Positions 55,377 to 64,000 of a stretch of DNA of 64,000 nt are shown here, piece after piece. The DNA comes from an uncultured Gemmatimonadota bacterium (GTDB taxonomy: Bacteria; JAAXHH01). Every line of letters starts with the position of its first letter. The first letter of the stretch is position 1. The notes beneath the pieces are model-generated. The model was not told the DNA's origin and did not search any database. It worked only from the letters and a program-made list of their open reading frames with translations. The stretch lies in contig OX638340.1 of assembly GCA_951812955.1 (NCBI GenBank), positions 128,001 through 192,000 of the forward strand. The letters run 5' to 3'. The position numbers were made by a program, and so were the translations under genes.

Positions 55377-55577
55377 TTACTGCTTCGTGACGTTTGCGGC
55401 CTGGAATCCCTTGGGCCCTTCCGTGATATCGAACTCGACCGCATCACCCTCGGCTAGGGACTTGAAACCCTCTCCCTGGATCGCGGAGTAGTGTACGAAG
55501 ACGTCATCGCCACCATCGTGCTCGATAAAACCGTAGCCCTTGTGGTCGTTGAACCACTTTACTTTACCGACTGCCAA
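55377..55577 (-). CDS. cspA: Cold-shock protein (CspA family)
   Basis: [18 protein letters not shown]-1 motif and [11 protein letters not shown]-2. 66 aa. Confidence 0.95.
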   Translation of the reverse strand: MAVGKVKWFNDHKGYGFIEHDGGDDVFVHYSAIQGEGFKSLAEGDAVEFDITEGPKGFQAANVTKQ

Positions 55578-55822
55578 TATTGCTCACCACCTTTCAGGCA
55601 TTTGTAGATACTTCTACAGCGAAGTCTCTGTTCGACTTTCAACCCGCATATAGAAAAACGGCAGGACCGTAAGTTCTGATCCGTGCCGCATCGTTTTTTG
55701 TTTTACGATCATGCAGGAGACAGAGACAAATCCTGAAACCTAATAAATCAAAACCGCCTTGAATGTCAACACTTTTTTCTTTTTGCGGCGTAATCGCGGT
55801 CAATCAGGTCGCCATCACCAGC

Positions 55823-57439
55823 CTATCTTTCCACACGCTCGACCCGCGCTTCCATCAGCAGCCAGGAATCGGGGTCGAGCAGGACCTCACCGGGTGCTTC
55901 GTCGAGGTCGAAGCGAAACTCGTGGGATCTCTCAAGCAACTCGATCTGCCTCCGTTGTTCCCGGTCTCCATCCGCGAAGGCCAGGGTTACGGGTAGCCGG
56001 AAAGGCTCTTGCCGCTGGGTCTGCCGTACCTGCATGGCGACTTCCCCGGTTCTCTCGTCCCATGTCCAGGTCGCCTCGACCACGGGATGTCCCGCACGGA
56101 AGATCCACTGTTCGAAGAACCAATCAAGTGAACTCCCGTACCGGGCTTCCATAACAGCCCGGAAATCCCTGGTCAACACGGTCTGGTCGCGGAATTCGCG
56201 GTAGAAGCGCCGTATGCCGTCGAAGAAGGCTTCGTCCCCCATCAGGCCCCTCAGCATGTGGAGCACCAGCCCGCCCTTGCTGTAGTTGTAAGCGTTCAAT
56301 AGATCGAACAGGTCCGTTATCGCGGGATTGATTATGGGCGCGGGAGCGCGGCGGTTCGCCTCGATATACCGGGCCCTGCTCCGGGACAGCATCTGGTGAA
56401 ATCGTTCATCGCCTTCTGCTTCTTCGAAAAACAGTGCGCCGAAGTAGGTTGCGAACCCTTCGCTGAGCCACAGGTGGTGCCAGTCGGACTCGGTCACCGA
56501 GTCGCCAAACCATTGGTGGGCGATCTCGTGGGCAATAGTCAGCTCGCCCATTTTGGCACCCAATATAGACTTTTCCGAGAAAAAGATGGCACTGGCGTTC
56601 TCCATGCCGCCGAACCGGGTGGAAGACTGTACCAGCGCGAGTTTCGCGTAGGGATAAGGCCCAATCAGGTCGGTGTAGAAGGCCAGCATGTCCGTGGAAC
56701 GGGAAAAATCCGTTATTCCCGCGTCCCGGTCGCCGGGAAAGAGGTAGTATGAAACGGGGATCCCCTGCCAGGACCCCGGTCGGATAATAGAAAAGCGCGC
56801 TGCTCCGACGACCATGCAGTAGGTGGGGATGGGCGCGTCGGTCTTCCAGTGCGTTCGTTTCCTTGCAGGCGAGAGGGTCGTCGTTTCCAACAGACGGCCA
56901 TTGGCCACTACGTCGTAGGCCGCGGGCGCGGTGACGATGAACTCGGCCGTGGCCTTGTCATAGGGGTGGTCCACCCCGGGGAACCAGTGCCGGGCCCGGT
57001 TCGGCCAGTTGTCCGCGAACACCGACCGGTCGCCGAACTTGTTCGCCTGGATGAACAGGCCGTCCACGGGCTCGCCGTGATAGATCACTGCCACCGCAAC
57101 CGTGTCGCCCACGGCATGGCCGTCCCCCAGCGTAACGCGCAATCGGCCGTCCCGGTGCTCAAAGGCCGCGATTTCGCCGTCGACCGTCACCCGGTCCACG
57201 GTGAGCGAACCCAGGTCGAGGGGCAGGACGTCCCGTCTGCCGGCCAGCATCGCCGCCAGGATCGTGGTTTCGCCCTGGATGGCCTTGCCTGTTTCACCGA
57301 TATCCAGGCTGATCCGGTAATGGAGGATGTCCACGTCGTCCAGGCGGGCGTATCCGTCGCTGGCCTGGCCGGCAGCGGGCGAAAGGCCCGGGAGGAGCAG
57401 CACCGCCGTGATGATCCACCTAGTGATCCACTTCTTCAT
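55823..57439 (-). CDS. M1-family zinc aminopeptidase (aminopeptidase N-like), secreted
   Basis: HEIAHQWFG (HExxH) followed by the …LWLSEGFATY Glu ligand. GAMEN-like GGMENAS. Signal peptide MKKWITRWIITAVLLLPG, with an AGGAGG RBS. Confidence 0.9.
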   Translation of the reverse strand: MKKWITRWIITAVLLLPGLSPAAGQASDGYARLDDVDILHYRISLDIGETGKAIQGETTILAAMLAGRRDVLPLDLGSLTVDRVTVDGEIAAFEHRDGRLRVTLGDGHAVGDTVAVAVIYHGEPVDGLFIQANKFGDRSVFADNWPNRARHWFPGVDHPYDKATAEFIVTAPAAYDVVANGRLLETTTLSPARKRTHWKTDAPIPTYCMVVGAARFSIIRPGSWQGIPVSYYLFPGDRDAGITDFSRSTDMLAFYTDLIGPYPYAKLALVQSSTRFGGMENASAIFFSEKSILGAKMGELTIAHEIAHQWFGDSVTESDWHHLWLSEGFATYFGALFFEEAEGDERFHQMLSRSRARYIEANRRAPAPIINPAITDLFDLLNAYNYSKGGLVLHMLRGLMGDEAFFDGIRRFYREFRDQTVLTRDFRAVMEARYGSSLDWFFEQWIFRAGHPVVEATWTWDERTGEVAMQVRQTQRQEPFRLPVTLAFADGDREQRRQIELLERSHEFRFDLDEAPGEVLLDPDSWLLMEARVERVER

Positions 57440-57516
57440 GTTGTGTTCCTCCTTGACACGTTTCGCGGTCTTTCTCATATATTCTCCGCACACTTCCATC
57501 CATAACGAAAGGGCCG

Positions 57517-58302
57517 ATGGGCATGGTCCGTCTTACAGACGAGGACATCCGATTCTTCGTCCGCGAAGGCTACCTGATCAAACGCGGCGTGCTGAACCCC
57601 GACCTGATGGCCATGGGACGGGAACGCATGTGGCGGAATCTGCCGCCTCCCCTCGAACGCGGTAAACCGGCAACCTGGATCGGACCCTTTGCCGAACCGG
57701 TCGACGACGGCGCGTCCCACAGGCACAGGTTCATGTGGAAGTACCGGGAACCCGGCGGAGAGGACTGGATGTTGCGACTCCTGGCCACCGATCCTTCCGT
57801 GATGGGCATGGCGGAACAGCTCCTGGGGGAAGGAACGCTGGTCGACCCAGATCGCATCCGCGGTATTTACTGCGTCCTGCCCGAGGGCGACGCACCGCCC
57901 CGTCCCCTGGGTTGCCACGTGGACGCCCATCCCTTTCACCTCGGCGTCGTGGGATACATCGACGACGTGAGTCCGAAGGGTGGCGGATTCACCGTCTGGC
58001 CGGGCAGCCATCGGATATTCTATCCCGATTTCCCCACGCGTTACTGCTTCGAACGAACCCCCTCGTACCAGGCGCACCTGGAAGAGGTGAACCGGATGCC
58101 TTACGCAGACTGTCACGGCAATGCCGGAGACATCGTCTTCTGGCACCACCGCATGGGCCATTCAGTCGGCCACAACCGGTCCACCCGGATCCGCCAGGCG
58201 GTCCTCTACGACTACAAGCGGACGGACCTGGACGAGAACGCGCCTCCCGGCGACAACATGTGGGTGGATTGGCCCGGCGTCCGTGCCGTTTTAGCATCTT
58301 GA
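57517..58302 (+). CDS. PhyH-family Fe(II)/2-oxoglutarate dioxygenase (third paralog in the window)
   Basis: PhyH-like motifs (FFVREGYLI…HVDAHP…H). Confidence 0.75.
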   Translation: MGMVRLTDEDIRFFVREGYLIKRGVLNPDLMAMGRERMWRNLPPPLERGKPATWIGPFAEPVDDGASHRHRFMWKYREPGGEDWMLRLLATDPSVMGMAEQLLGEGTLVDPDRIRGIYCVLPEGDAPPRPLGCHVDAHPFHLGVVGYIDDVSPKGGGFTVWPGSHRIFYPDFPTRYCFERTPSYQAHLEEVNRMPYADCHGNAGDIVFWHHRMGHSVGHNRSTRIRQAVLYDYKRTDLDENAPPGDNMWVDWPGVRAVLAS

Positions 58303-58395
58303 CATGTGGGTAGACTGGCCCGGCGTCCGTGCCGTTTTAGCATCTTGACATGTGGGGTAGACTGGCCAGGCGTCCGTGCCTTACTGGCGTCTTGA
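58265..58395. repeat. 46-bp unit repeated three times in tandem, beginning inside the last codons and stop of the PhyH gene and filling the gap to the convergent MTAP gene
   Basis: Copy 1 (…ggcccggcgtccgtgccgttttagcatcttga) contains the real stop. Copy 2 is near-identical. Copy 3 is diverged. Confidence 0.85.
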
Positions 58396-58399
58396 ATCC

Positions 58400-59263
58400 C
58401 TACTCGAAGTAGCGGCCCACGATCGGCTTCAGCTTCTCCAGCGTGCCGCCGGGTACCGAATCCCGGTCGGAAACGATGGCGTTGGCCAGCGCGTTGTGAC
58501 AGCGGCACGTGCTTTCCACCGGGATGGCCGGCACCACGTGGCGGACGACCTGCCGCGCCTGTTCCACGTTGGCGTGCAGGTTCTCGATGATCATGTCGAC
58601 GGTGACGGCGTCGTGATCTTCGTGCCAGCAGTCGTAGTCGGTGGAACACGCGATCGTGGCGTAGCAGATCTCGGCCTCCCGGGCCAGCTTGGCTTCCGGC
58701 GCGGCCGTCATGCCGATGACCGAGAACCCCCAGCCCCGGTAAACGTTCGATTCCGCCCTGGTCGAGAACTGGGGTCCCTCCATGCAGAGATAGGTGCCGC
58801 CGTCATGTACCGTCAACCCCGTCGATTCAGCGCCGTCGACGAGCAGTTTGCGCAAGGGGCCGCAAAAGGGTTCGGCGAGGCCCACGTGCACGACGAGATC
58901 GTTGCCGAAGAAGCTGGTCGCGCGGTGCCGCGTATGGTCGTACAGCTGATCCGGAATGACGAAGTCCCGCGGACGTATGTGCTCCTGGAGACTGCCCACC
59001 GCGCTGACCGACAGGATCCACTGCACGCCCAGCGTCTTCAGCGCGAAGATGTTCGCCCGCACGTTAATTTCAGACGGCCCGATGCGGTGGCCGCGGCCGT
59101 GACGTGCCAGGAAAGCCACGCGCCGGCCCTCGAGGGTGCCGGTCACGATTGCGTCGCTGGGATCGCCGAAGGGGGTGGCGGGCCGGACCTCCTTGAGATC
59201 CGTCAGGCCTTCCATACCGTAGAACCCCGTGCCGCCGATAACCGCGATCTGCGCGTTCGCCAT
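58400..59263 (-). CDS. mtnP: S-methyl-5'-thioadenosine phosphorylase
   Basis: MANAQIAVIGGTGFY…, a PNP/MTAP family-2 N-terminus and conserved body. 287 aa. Confidence 0.88.
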   Translation of the reverse strand: MANAQIAVIGGTGFYGMEGLTDLKEVRPATPFGDPSDAIVTGTLEGRRVAFLARHGRGHRIGPSEINVRANIFALKTLGVQWILSVSAVGSLQEHIRPRDFVIPDQLYDHTRHRATSFFGNDLVVHVGLAEPFCGPLRKLLVDGAESTGLTVHDGGTYLCMEGPQFSTRAESNVYRGWGFSVIGMTAAPEAKLAREAEICYATIACSTDYDCWHEDHDAVTVDMIIENLHANVEQARQVVRHVVPAIPVESTCRCHNALANAIVSDRDSVPGGTLEKLKPIVGRYFE

Positions 59264-59385
59264 TTCGCAACTCCCCTGGTTGATTCGAACGGTTCGTTTA
59301 CAACGATGAAACCTGATGAAATGGTGCTGGAGTAGACATATAACCCGCCCCTCTTTTTATATCAATAAATAAAATCGATTAGTTC

Positions 59386-59413
59386 TTGACAACGCCCCCC
59401 GGCGGTTTATCTT
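59386..59413 (+). promoter_or_regulatory. Candidate sigma70-type promoter of the nuo operon, with an AT-rich UP-like element upstream (59350-59385)
   Basis: TTGACA at 59386-59391, a 16-nt spacer, then TATCTT at 59408-59413, preceded by tttttatatcaataaataaaatcgatt. Confidence 0.45.
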
Positions 59414-59434
59414 GATCGGCGAGTTCAGGGATAG

Positions 59435-59842
59435 ATGTACCTGGAAGCAGCCTCTGTCGACCGATCTATCTGGTTATCCCGAATCGACTACATGTCATAC
59501 CTTCCCCTTATCCTGCTCGTCCTGCTTGTCCTGATCGTCGCGGCCGTAATCATTACCCTTTCTACTTTCATAGGCAGAAAAAAAACGAGCGCCTCCAAGC
59601 TTGCGTCCTACGAATGCGGTGTTCCGCTTCAGGACTCCGCCCGGAAGAGCTTCTCCGTCAAGTTCTACCTGATCGCAATCCTTTTCATTCTTTTTGACGT
59701 GGAGATCATTTACCTCTACCCATGGGCCGTCGTTTATGGCGATCTTCAGGTATTCGGCGCATTAGCCATGGGGGTGTTCTTTCTGATGCTTGTCATCGGA
59801 TTCCTGTACGAATGGAAACGGGGAGCCCTGGAATGGGATTAG
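59435..59842 (+). CDS. nuoA: NADH-quinone oxidoreductase subunit A
   Basis: [10 protein letters not shown]…[24 protein letters not shown] NuoA signature. Start is ATG at 59435, or the alternative ATG at 59492. Confidence 0.85.
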   Translation: MYLEAASVDRSIWLSRIDYMSYLPLILLVLLVLIVAAVIITLSTFIGRKKTSASKLASYECGVPLQDSARKSFSVKFYLIAILFILFDVEIIYLYPWAVVYGDLQVFGALAMGVFFLMLVIGFLYEWKRGALEWD

Positions 59843-60303
59843 AAGACCAGCTTCAGGAAAACGTCATGACCACCAAGGTCGACGCGATGGTCGGCTGGGC
59901 CCGGAAAAATTCGCTCTGGCCGATGCCTTTCGGCACCGCCTGTTGCGCCATCGAACTCATGGCGACGCTGGCCTCCCGGTTCGACCTGGCCCGTTTCGGA
60001 GCCGAAGCCATACGGTTTTCCCCCCGGCAGTCCGATCTGCTGATCGTTTCCGGGAGGGTTTCCATCAAGATGATGCCCGTACTGAAGACGATCTACGACC
60101 AGATGCCGGAACCCAAGTGGGTCGTCTCCATGGGAGCCTGTGCCTCCTCTGGCGGCGTATTCAATACCTATACGCTAGTGCAGGGCGTTGACCAGTATAT
60201 CCCGGTGGATGTGTATATCCCGGGTTGTCCCCCCAGGCCCGAAAACGTGATCCAGGCGTTGATGAAGATCCAGGAGAAAGTGGCCCAGGCCAAAGCGAAC
60301 TGA
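59833..60303 (+). CDS. nuoB: NADH-quinone oxidoreductase subunit B
   Basis: The Cys ligands of the N2 [4Fe-4S] cluster are present (…CCAIELM…GACASSGG…CPP). The start overlaps the nuoA stop. Confidence 0.9.
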   Translation: MGLEDQLQENVMTTKVDAMVGWARKNSLWPMPFGTACCAIELMATLASRFDLARFGAEAIRFSPRQSDLLIVSGRVSIKMMPVLKTIYDQMPEPKWVVSMGACASSGGVFNTYTLVQGVDQYIPVDVYIPGCPPRPENVIQALMKIQEKVAQAKAN

Positions 60304-60944
60304 TGAACAGAAAATCCATCGCAGAGCTTCTGCTCGACATCAAAGCAGTCACCATCAACGTCGAAGCCCCCTACCATTACAGTTCCGGTATAATATCTCC
60401 TATATATTGCGATAACCGCCTGATCATATCCTGTCTGGAAGAGCGCAAGGTGATCGTCGACGCATTTATCGAGATCATCGACGCCCTCGAAGTTTCGCCG
60501 GATGTCATCGCGGGAACGGCGACCGCCGCCATCCCATTCGCGGCGTGGGTATCGAACCGCCTGGACCTGCCCATGGTCTATGCGCGTTCGGGACAGAAAG
60601 GCTACGGCAAGGAACACCGGGTCGAGGGCACCCTGGTCCCCGGTCAGAAGGTGCTTTTCACCGAAGACCTGGTCACCACGGGTGGGGGCGTGCTGAAAGC
60701 GGTCGAAGACGTGGTCAGGTTCGACGTGGAGGTGATCGGCGTGGCCACCATTTTCGAGTACGGCCTGCCCGCCGCCACGGAGGGATTCCAGAAGGCCGGT
60801 CTGCCGAAATGGAGCATGGCGGACTTCGTGGCCATTCTGGACGTCATGAGTGAGCGGGGCGAGCTTTCGGACGACAGTAGAGACATCGCAATGGACTGGC
60901 AATCGGATCCCAGGGGCTGGGGCAGCAAGATGGGTTTCGAATAA
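60303..60944 (+). CDS. pyrE: Orotate phosphoribosyltransferase
   Basis: Type-I PRTase PRPP-binding motif (VLFTEDLVTTGGGV) and an OPRTase-like N-terminus. The ATG overlaps the nuoB TGA (TGATG). Confidence 0.8.
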   Translation: MNRKSIAELLLDIKAVTINVEAPYHYSSGIISPIYCDNRLIISCLEERKVIVDAFIEIIDALEVSPDVIAGTATAAIPFAAWVSNRLDLPMVYARSGQKGYGKEHRVEGTLVPGQKVLFTEDLVTTGGGVLKAVEDVVRFDVEVIGVATIFEYGLPAATEGFQKAGLPKWSMADFVAILDVMSERGELSDDSRDIAMDWQSDPRGWGSKMGFE

Positions 60945-60955
60945 AGGGGATTGAA

Positions 60956-61492
60956 GTGGAGAACCAGGAGGAACGCCAGACCGAGGGCGTTGATCCGCAG
61001 GAGCCGGACCAGGGCGAGGTAACGGCGCGAATCCGGGCCCGGTTCGTCGACGCGTCGGTCCGGCGCGGCAACGCGGTGGGGTGCGAGAGTGTCATCGCCG
61101 AGCTGGATTCGCTTCACCCGTTCATGACCTTTCTGAGAGACGATCCGGAATTGGCTTTCGATTATCTCGTCGACGTGACCGCCGTGGACCGGTTGAAGCT
61201 CGACGAGGCCATCCGTTACGCCGTAGTCTACCAGCTGTATTCCTACAAATTCAACCGCCGTTTCAGCGTAAGCGTTCCCGTTCCGGAAGCAGACCCCCGG
61301 ATCGAGTCGGTGGTGTCTGTCTGGCCTGGCGCGAACTGGCTGGAACGGGAAGTGTACGACATGTACGGGATCGTCTTCGACGGCCATCCCGACCTGCGCC
61401 GCATCCTGATGCCGGACGACTTCGGCTCGCATCCCCTGAGGAAGGACTATCCCCTTCACGGCAAAGGGGAAAGGGACAACTTCGTTTTCTAG
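60956..61492 (+). CDS. nuoC: NADH-quinone oxidoreductase subunit C
   Basis: NuoC/30-kDa subunit motifs (…WLEREVYDMYGIVFDGHPDLRRIL…). GTG start follows AAGGGGA by 5 nt. Confidence 0.85.
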   Translation: MENQEERQTEGVDPQEPDQGEVTARIRARFVDASVRRGNAVGCESVIAELDSLHPFMTFLRDDPELAFDYLVDVTAVDRLKLDEAIRYAVVYQLYSYKFNRRFSVSVPVPEADPRIESVVSVWPGANWLEREVYDMYGIVFDGHPDLRRILMPDDFGSHPLRKDYPLHGKGERDNFVF

Positions 61493-61525
61493 CCGGCCGT
61501 TCGCGATGGACACGGCCAGGCCCCT

Positions 61526-62803
61526 GTGAAAGCACGCACCGTGAATACCACGCAAATCGATAAGCTCGCCGAGACGGACCTCGAGGAAATCCGGAACGAA
61601 CGGGTAACTTTCGAGCGCACGCCCGACATGCCCAGCGAGCACATGATCCTCAATTTCGGTCCCCAGCATCCGGCGACCCACGGGACGCTGCACATCGTGC
61701 TGGAACTGGACGGAGAAAAGGTCGTGGGCGCCACGCCGCACCTCGGCTACCTGCACACCGGCTTCGAGAAACTGGGAGAGTACCGGAGTTACAACCAGTT
61801 CGTCACGCTGACCGACCGGATGAATTACCTGTCCCCCTTAAGCAACAACATTGGCTATTCTCACGCGGTCGAGAAACTGATGGATATCGAAATCACGCCG
61901 CGCTGCCGGAATATACGGGTCGCCCTGGCCGAACTTTCCCGCCTCGCCGACCACCTGTTGTGCGTCGGCACGGCCGCCCTCGATATCGGTGCGTTCACCG
62001 CCTTTCTGTACGGGTTCAGGGCCCGGGAAGTGCTGTACGACCTGTTCGAAGCGGTATGCGGCACGCGGCTGACCACGAGTTATACGCGCGTGGGCGGTCT
62101 CCTGCGCGACGTGCCGGACAATTTCGCGGAGATGGCCCGTGAATCGGTGGAGGAGACACTGACGGCCGCGTCGGAAATCGACCGGCTCCTGACGCATAAC
62201 CGCATCTGGCGCGACCGGACCGAGGGCGTGGGCGTACTCTCCGCGGAAGACGCCGTGGCCTGGGGCGCCACGGGACCGGTGCTCAGGGCGTCGGGTGTCG
62301 ACTGGGACATCCGCAAGAACGAGCCTTACCTCGGGTACGAGGGCTACGATTTCGACATCCCCATCGGCCGGAACGGGGACGCGTACGACCGCTATCTCGT
62401 GCGGATGGAAGAGATCAGGCAGAGTGCGGAGATTGTTCGGCAGGCCGTGGAAAACATGCCGTCGGGGCCCGTGAACGCCGAGGAAGAACACGCCGTACTG
62501 CCCGAGAAATCGGAAGTTTACGAGTCCATGGAATCGTTGATCTACCATTTCAAGATGACCATGGAGGGGCATGGGCCGACACCGCCGGTGGGCGAGGTGT
62601 ATGCCGCGACGGAAGCGCCGAACGGAGAACTGGGTTTTTTCATCGTCAGCGACGGCAGCCGGGAACCTTACCGTATACGGGTGCGTCCCCCGTCTTTCAT
62701 CAACTTTTCGTTATTCCCCATGCTGATAAAGGGGCATATGCTTTCCGACGTCGTTGCGATACTGGGCAGCCTGAATGTCATCGCCGGAGAACTGGACCGA
62801 TAG
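61526..62803 (+). CDS. nuoD: NADH-quinone oxidoreductase subunit D
   Basis: …NFGPQHPATHG… and …RVGG… 49-kDa subunit signatures. GTG start. Confidence 0.9.
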   Translation: MKARTVNTTQIDKLAETDLEEIRNERVTFERTPDMPSEHMILNFGPQHPATHGTLHIVLELDGEKVVGATPHLGYLHTGFEKLGEYRSYNQFVTLTDRMNYLSPLSNNIGYSHAVEKLMDIEITPRCRNIRVALAELSRLADHLLCVGTAALDIGAFTAFLYGFRAREVLYDLFEAVCGTRLTTSYTRVGGLLRDVPDNFAEMARESVEETLTAASEIDRLLTHNRIWRDRTEGVGVLSAEDAVAWGATGPVLRASGVDWDIRKNEPYLGYEGYDFDIPIGRNGDAYDRYLVRMEEIRQSAEIVRQAVENMPSGPVNAEEEHAVLPEKSEVYESMESLIYHFKMTMEGHGPTPPVGEVYAATEAPNGELGFFIVSDGSREPYRIRVRPPSFINFSLFPMLIKGHMLSDVVAILGSLNVIAGELDR

Positions 62804-63296
62804 CTTGGCCACACCGTTGGAATTCACAGAAGAGGCGCGGAAGCGCGCGGCGGAGATCCTGAGCCGGTATCCTGATGAATACAGGAAGTCGGCCGTGGTT
62901 CCGCTCCTGCATCTCGCGCAGGAAGAGTGGGGTTTCGTCTCGCCGGAAGCCATGGCCTGCGTGGCCAGGCTGATCGGCTGCTCGCCGGTCAAGGTCGCCG
63001 AAATCGCGACGTTCTATCCCATGTTCAACAAGGAGCCCGTGGGCGATCATGTACTGGCGGTATGCCATACGCTGCCCTGCGCGCTGACCGGATGCGGGGA
63101 CATTTTCGATCACCTGTCGGATAAACTCGGCATCCGACTCGGCGAGACCACGGAAGACGGCCGTTTCACGCTGCGTAAGTCGGAATGCCTTGCTGCCTGC
63201 GACCGCGGCCCCGTGCTCTTGGTAAACCGGAAACTGCACACCCATCTCACCACGGCTAGGGTCGACGAAATTCTCGATGGCCTGGAAGAAGGATAG
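62775..63296 (+). CDS. nuoE: NADH-quinone oxidoreductase subunit E (24-kDa, [2Fe-2S])
   Basis: The four-Cys ligand pattern (C…C…C…C) is present in a thioredoxin-like fold. The start overlaps the nuoD 3' end. Confidence 0.9.
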   Translation: MSSPENWTDSLATPLEFTEEARKRAAEILSRYPDEYRKSAVVPLLHLAQEEWGFVSPEAMACVARLIGCSPVKVAEIATFYPMFNKEPVGDHVLAVCHTLPCALTGCGDIFDHLSDKLGIRLGETTEDGRFTLRKSECLAACDRGPVLLVNRKLHTHLTTARVDEILDGLEEG

Positions 63297-63299
63297 CGC

Positions 63300-64000
63300 A
63301 TGGCCGCACCGCTAGCGATACTGACGGCGCACCCGCCGGCGGGAACCGATCCCGGTGATATCGAAGCGTACATGGCCGGCGGCGGTTACGGCGCGGTACG
63401 GAAGGCGCTCACGACCATAAGCAAGGACGGACTGATCGAAGAGATCAACGCCTCGGGGATCAAGGGCCGGGGCGGTGCCGGATTCTCGACGGGCATGAAG
63501 TGGAACCTGTGCGCCGACCTGTATCCGCGGTACCTGTGCGCAAACGCGGACGAAAGCGAACCCGGCAGCTTCAAGGACCGGCTCCTGCTGGAATCGAAAC
63601 CCCATCAGATCATCGAAGGCATGATCATCACCAGCTACGCCCTGGGGATCAACCTGGGCTATATCTATATCCGCGGTGAGTTCTTCCAGATCATCGACCA
63701 GATGGAAGCCGCCCTGGCGGACGCCGAAAAACACGGCTTCCTCGGCAAGAATATCCTGGATTCGGGCTTCGATCTGGAACTGTACGTCCATCCCGGCGCC
63801 GGGGCCTACATTTGCGGAGAAGAGACGGGCCTGATCGAATCCCTCGAGGGCAACCGGCCCTACCCCCGGCTGAAACCGCCGTTCTTCCCCGCCGCCATCG
63901 GTCTCTGGGGACAGCCCACGATCGTGAACAACGTGGAAACCATGGCCCAGATCACCACGATCGTCGACATGGGGGCGGAAGCCTACAAGCAGATCGGAAC
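63300..64000 (+). CDS. nuoF: NADH-quinone oxidoreductase subunit F (51-kDa), 5' fragment running off the window
   Basis: GIKGRGGAGFSTGMKW (FMN/NADH-binding) in the translation. The ATG is 4 nt after the nuoE stop. Confidence 0.9.
   Translation, partial: MAAPLAILTAHPPAGTDPGDIEAYMAGGGYGAVRKALTTISKDGLIEEINASGIKGRGGAGFSTGMKWNLCADLYPRYLCANADESEPGSFKDRLLLESKPHQIIEGMIITSYALGINLGYIYIRGEFFQIIDQMEAALADAEKHGFLGKNILDSGFDLELYVHPGAGAYICGEETGLIESLEGNRPYPRLKPPFFPAAIGLWGQPTIVNNVETMAQITTIVDMGAEAYKQIG

Noticed and set aside
63312-63791. 159-aa minus-strand ORF antisense to nuoF
   Set aside because: It is antisense to nuoF (FMN-binding motif present on the plus strand) and matches no family.
1-64000. Mobile element / integrase / IS boundaries
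   Set aside because: I saw no transposase or integrase-like translations, no inverted terminal repeats flanking a cargo, and no tRNA genes that could serve as integration sites.

Overview
High-GC (~60-65%) bacterial chromosomal segment, densely coding on both strands. I found no rRNA, tRNA, CRISPR array, IS element, integrase or prophage signature. I identify about 50 genes by recognisable family motifs read directly from the translations.

Main content, in order:
- a family-5 solute-binding protein (SBP), a sensor histidine kinase and a sigma54-dependent (NtrC-type) response regulator, followed by a GT2 glycosyltransferase;
- two TonB-dependent receptors;
- RNase R, adenosylhomocysteinase and Trm112;
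- an Nramp transporter;
- a single-polypeptide HyuA-HyuB (5-oxoprolinase-like) fusion and a beta-carbonic anhydrase;
- a hisH-hisF-amidohydrolase operon;
- a catabolic island (M24 peptidase, two enolase-superfamily proteins, a Gfo/Idh/MocA dehydrogenase, an aldo/keto reductase and an SBP);
- aroA;
- an NADH-dehydrogenase-like FAD domain fused to SelD;
- a sulfatase locus (RraA-like protein, three Cys-type sulfatases, an SBP, a PhyH dioxygenase, a hypothetical protein and an anaerobic sulfatase-maturating radical-SAM enzyme carrying a C-terminal SEC-C motif);
- a GPP34/GOLPH3-family protein, CspA, an M1 aminopeptidase and MTAP;
- the start of a nuo operon (nuoA-B, then pyrE, then nuoC-D-E-F).

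The most unusual sequence-level signal is a recurrent tandem duplication of gene 3' termini. At six or more loci the last codons plus the stop codon of a gene are repeated 2-4 times immediately downstream, with progressively decayed copies, on both strands. The sulfatase/anSME locus is the most distinctive gene cluster.

All functional calls rest on family motifs I can see in the ORF translations. No database search was run.
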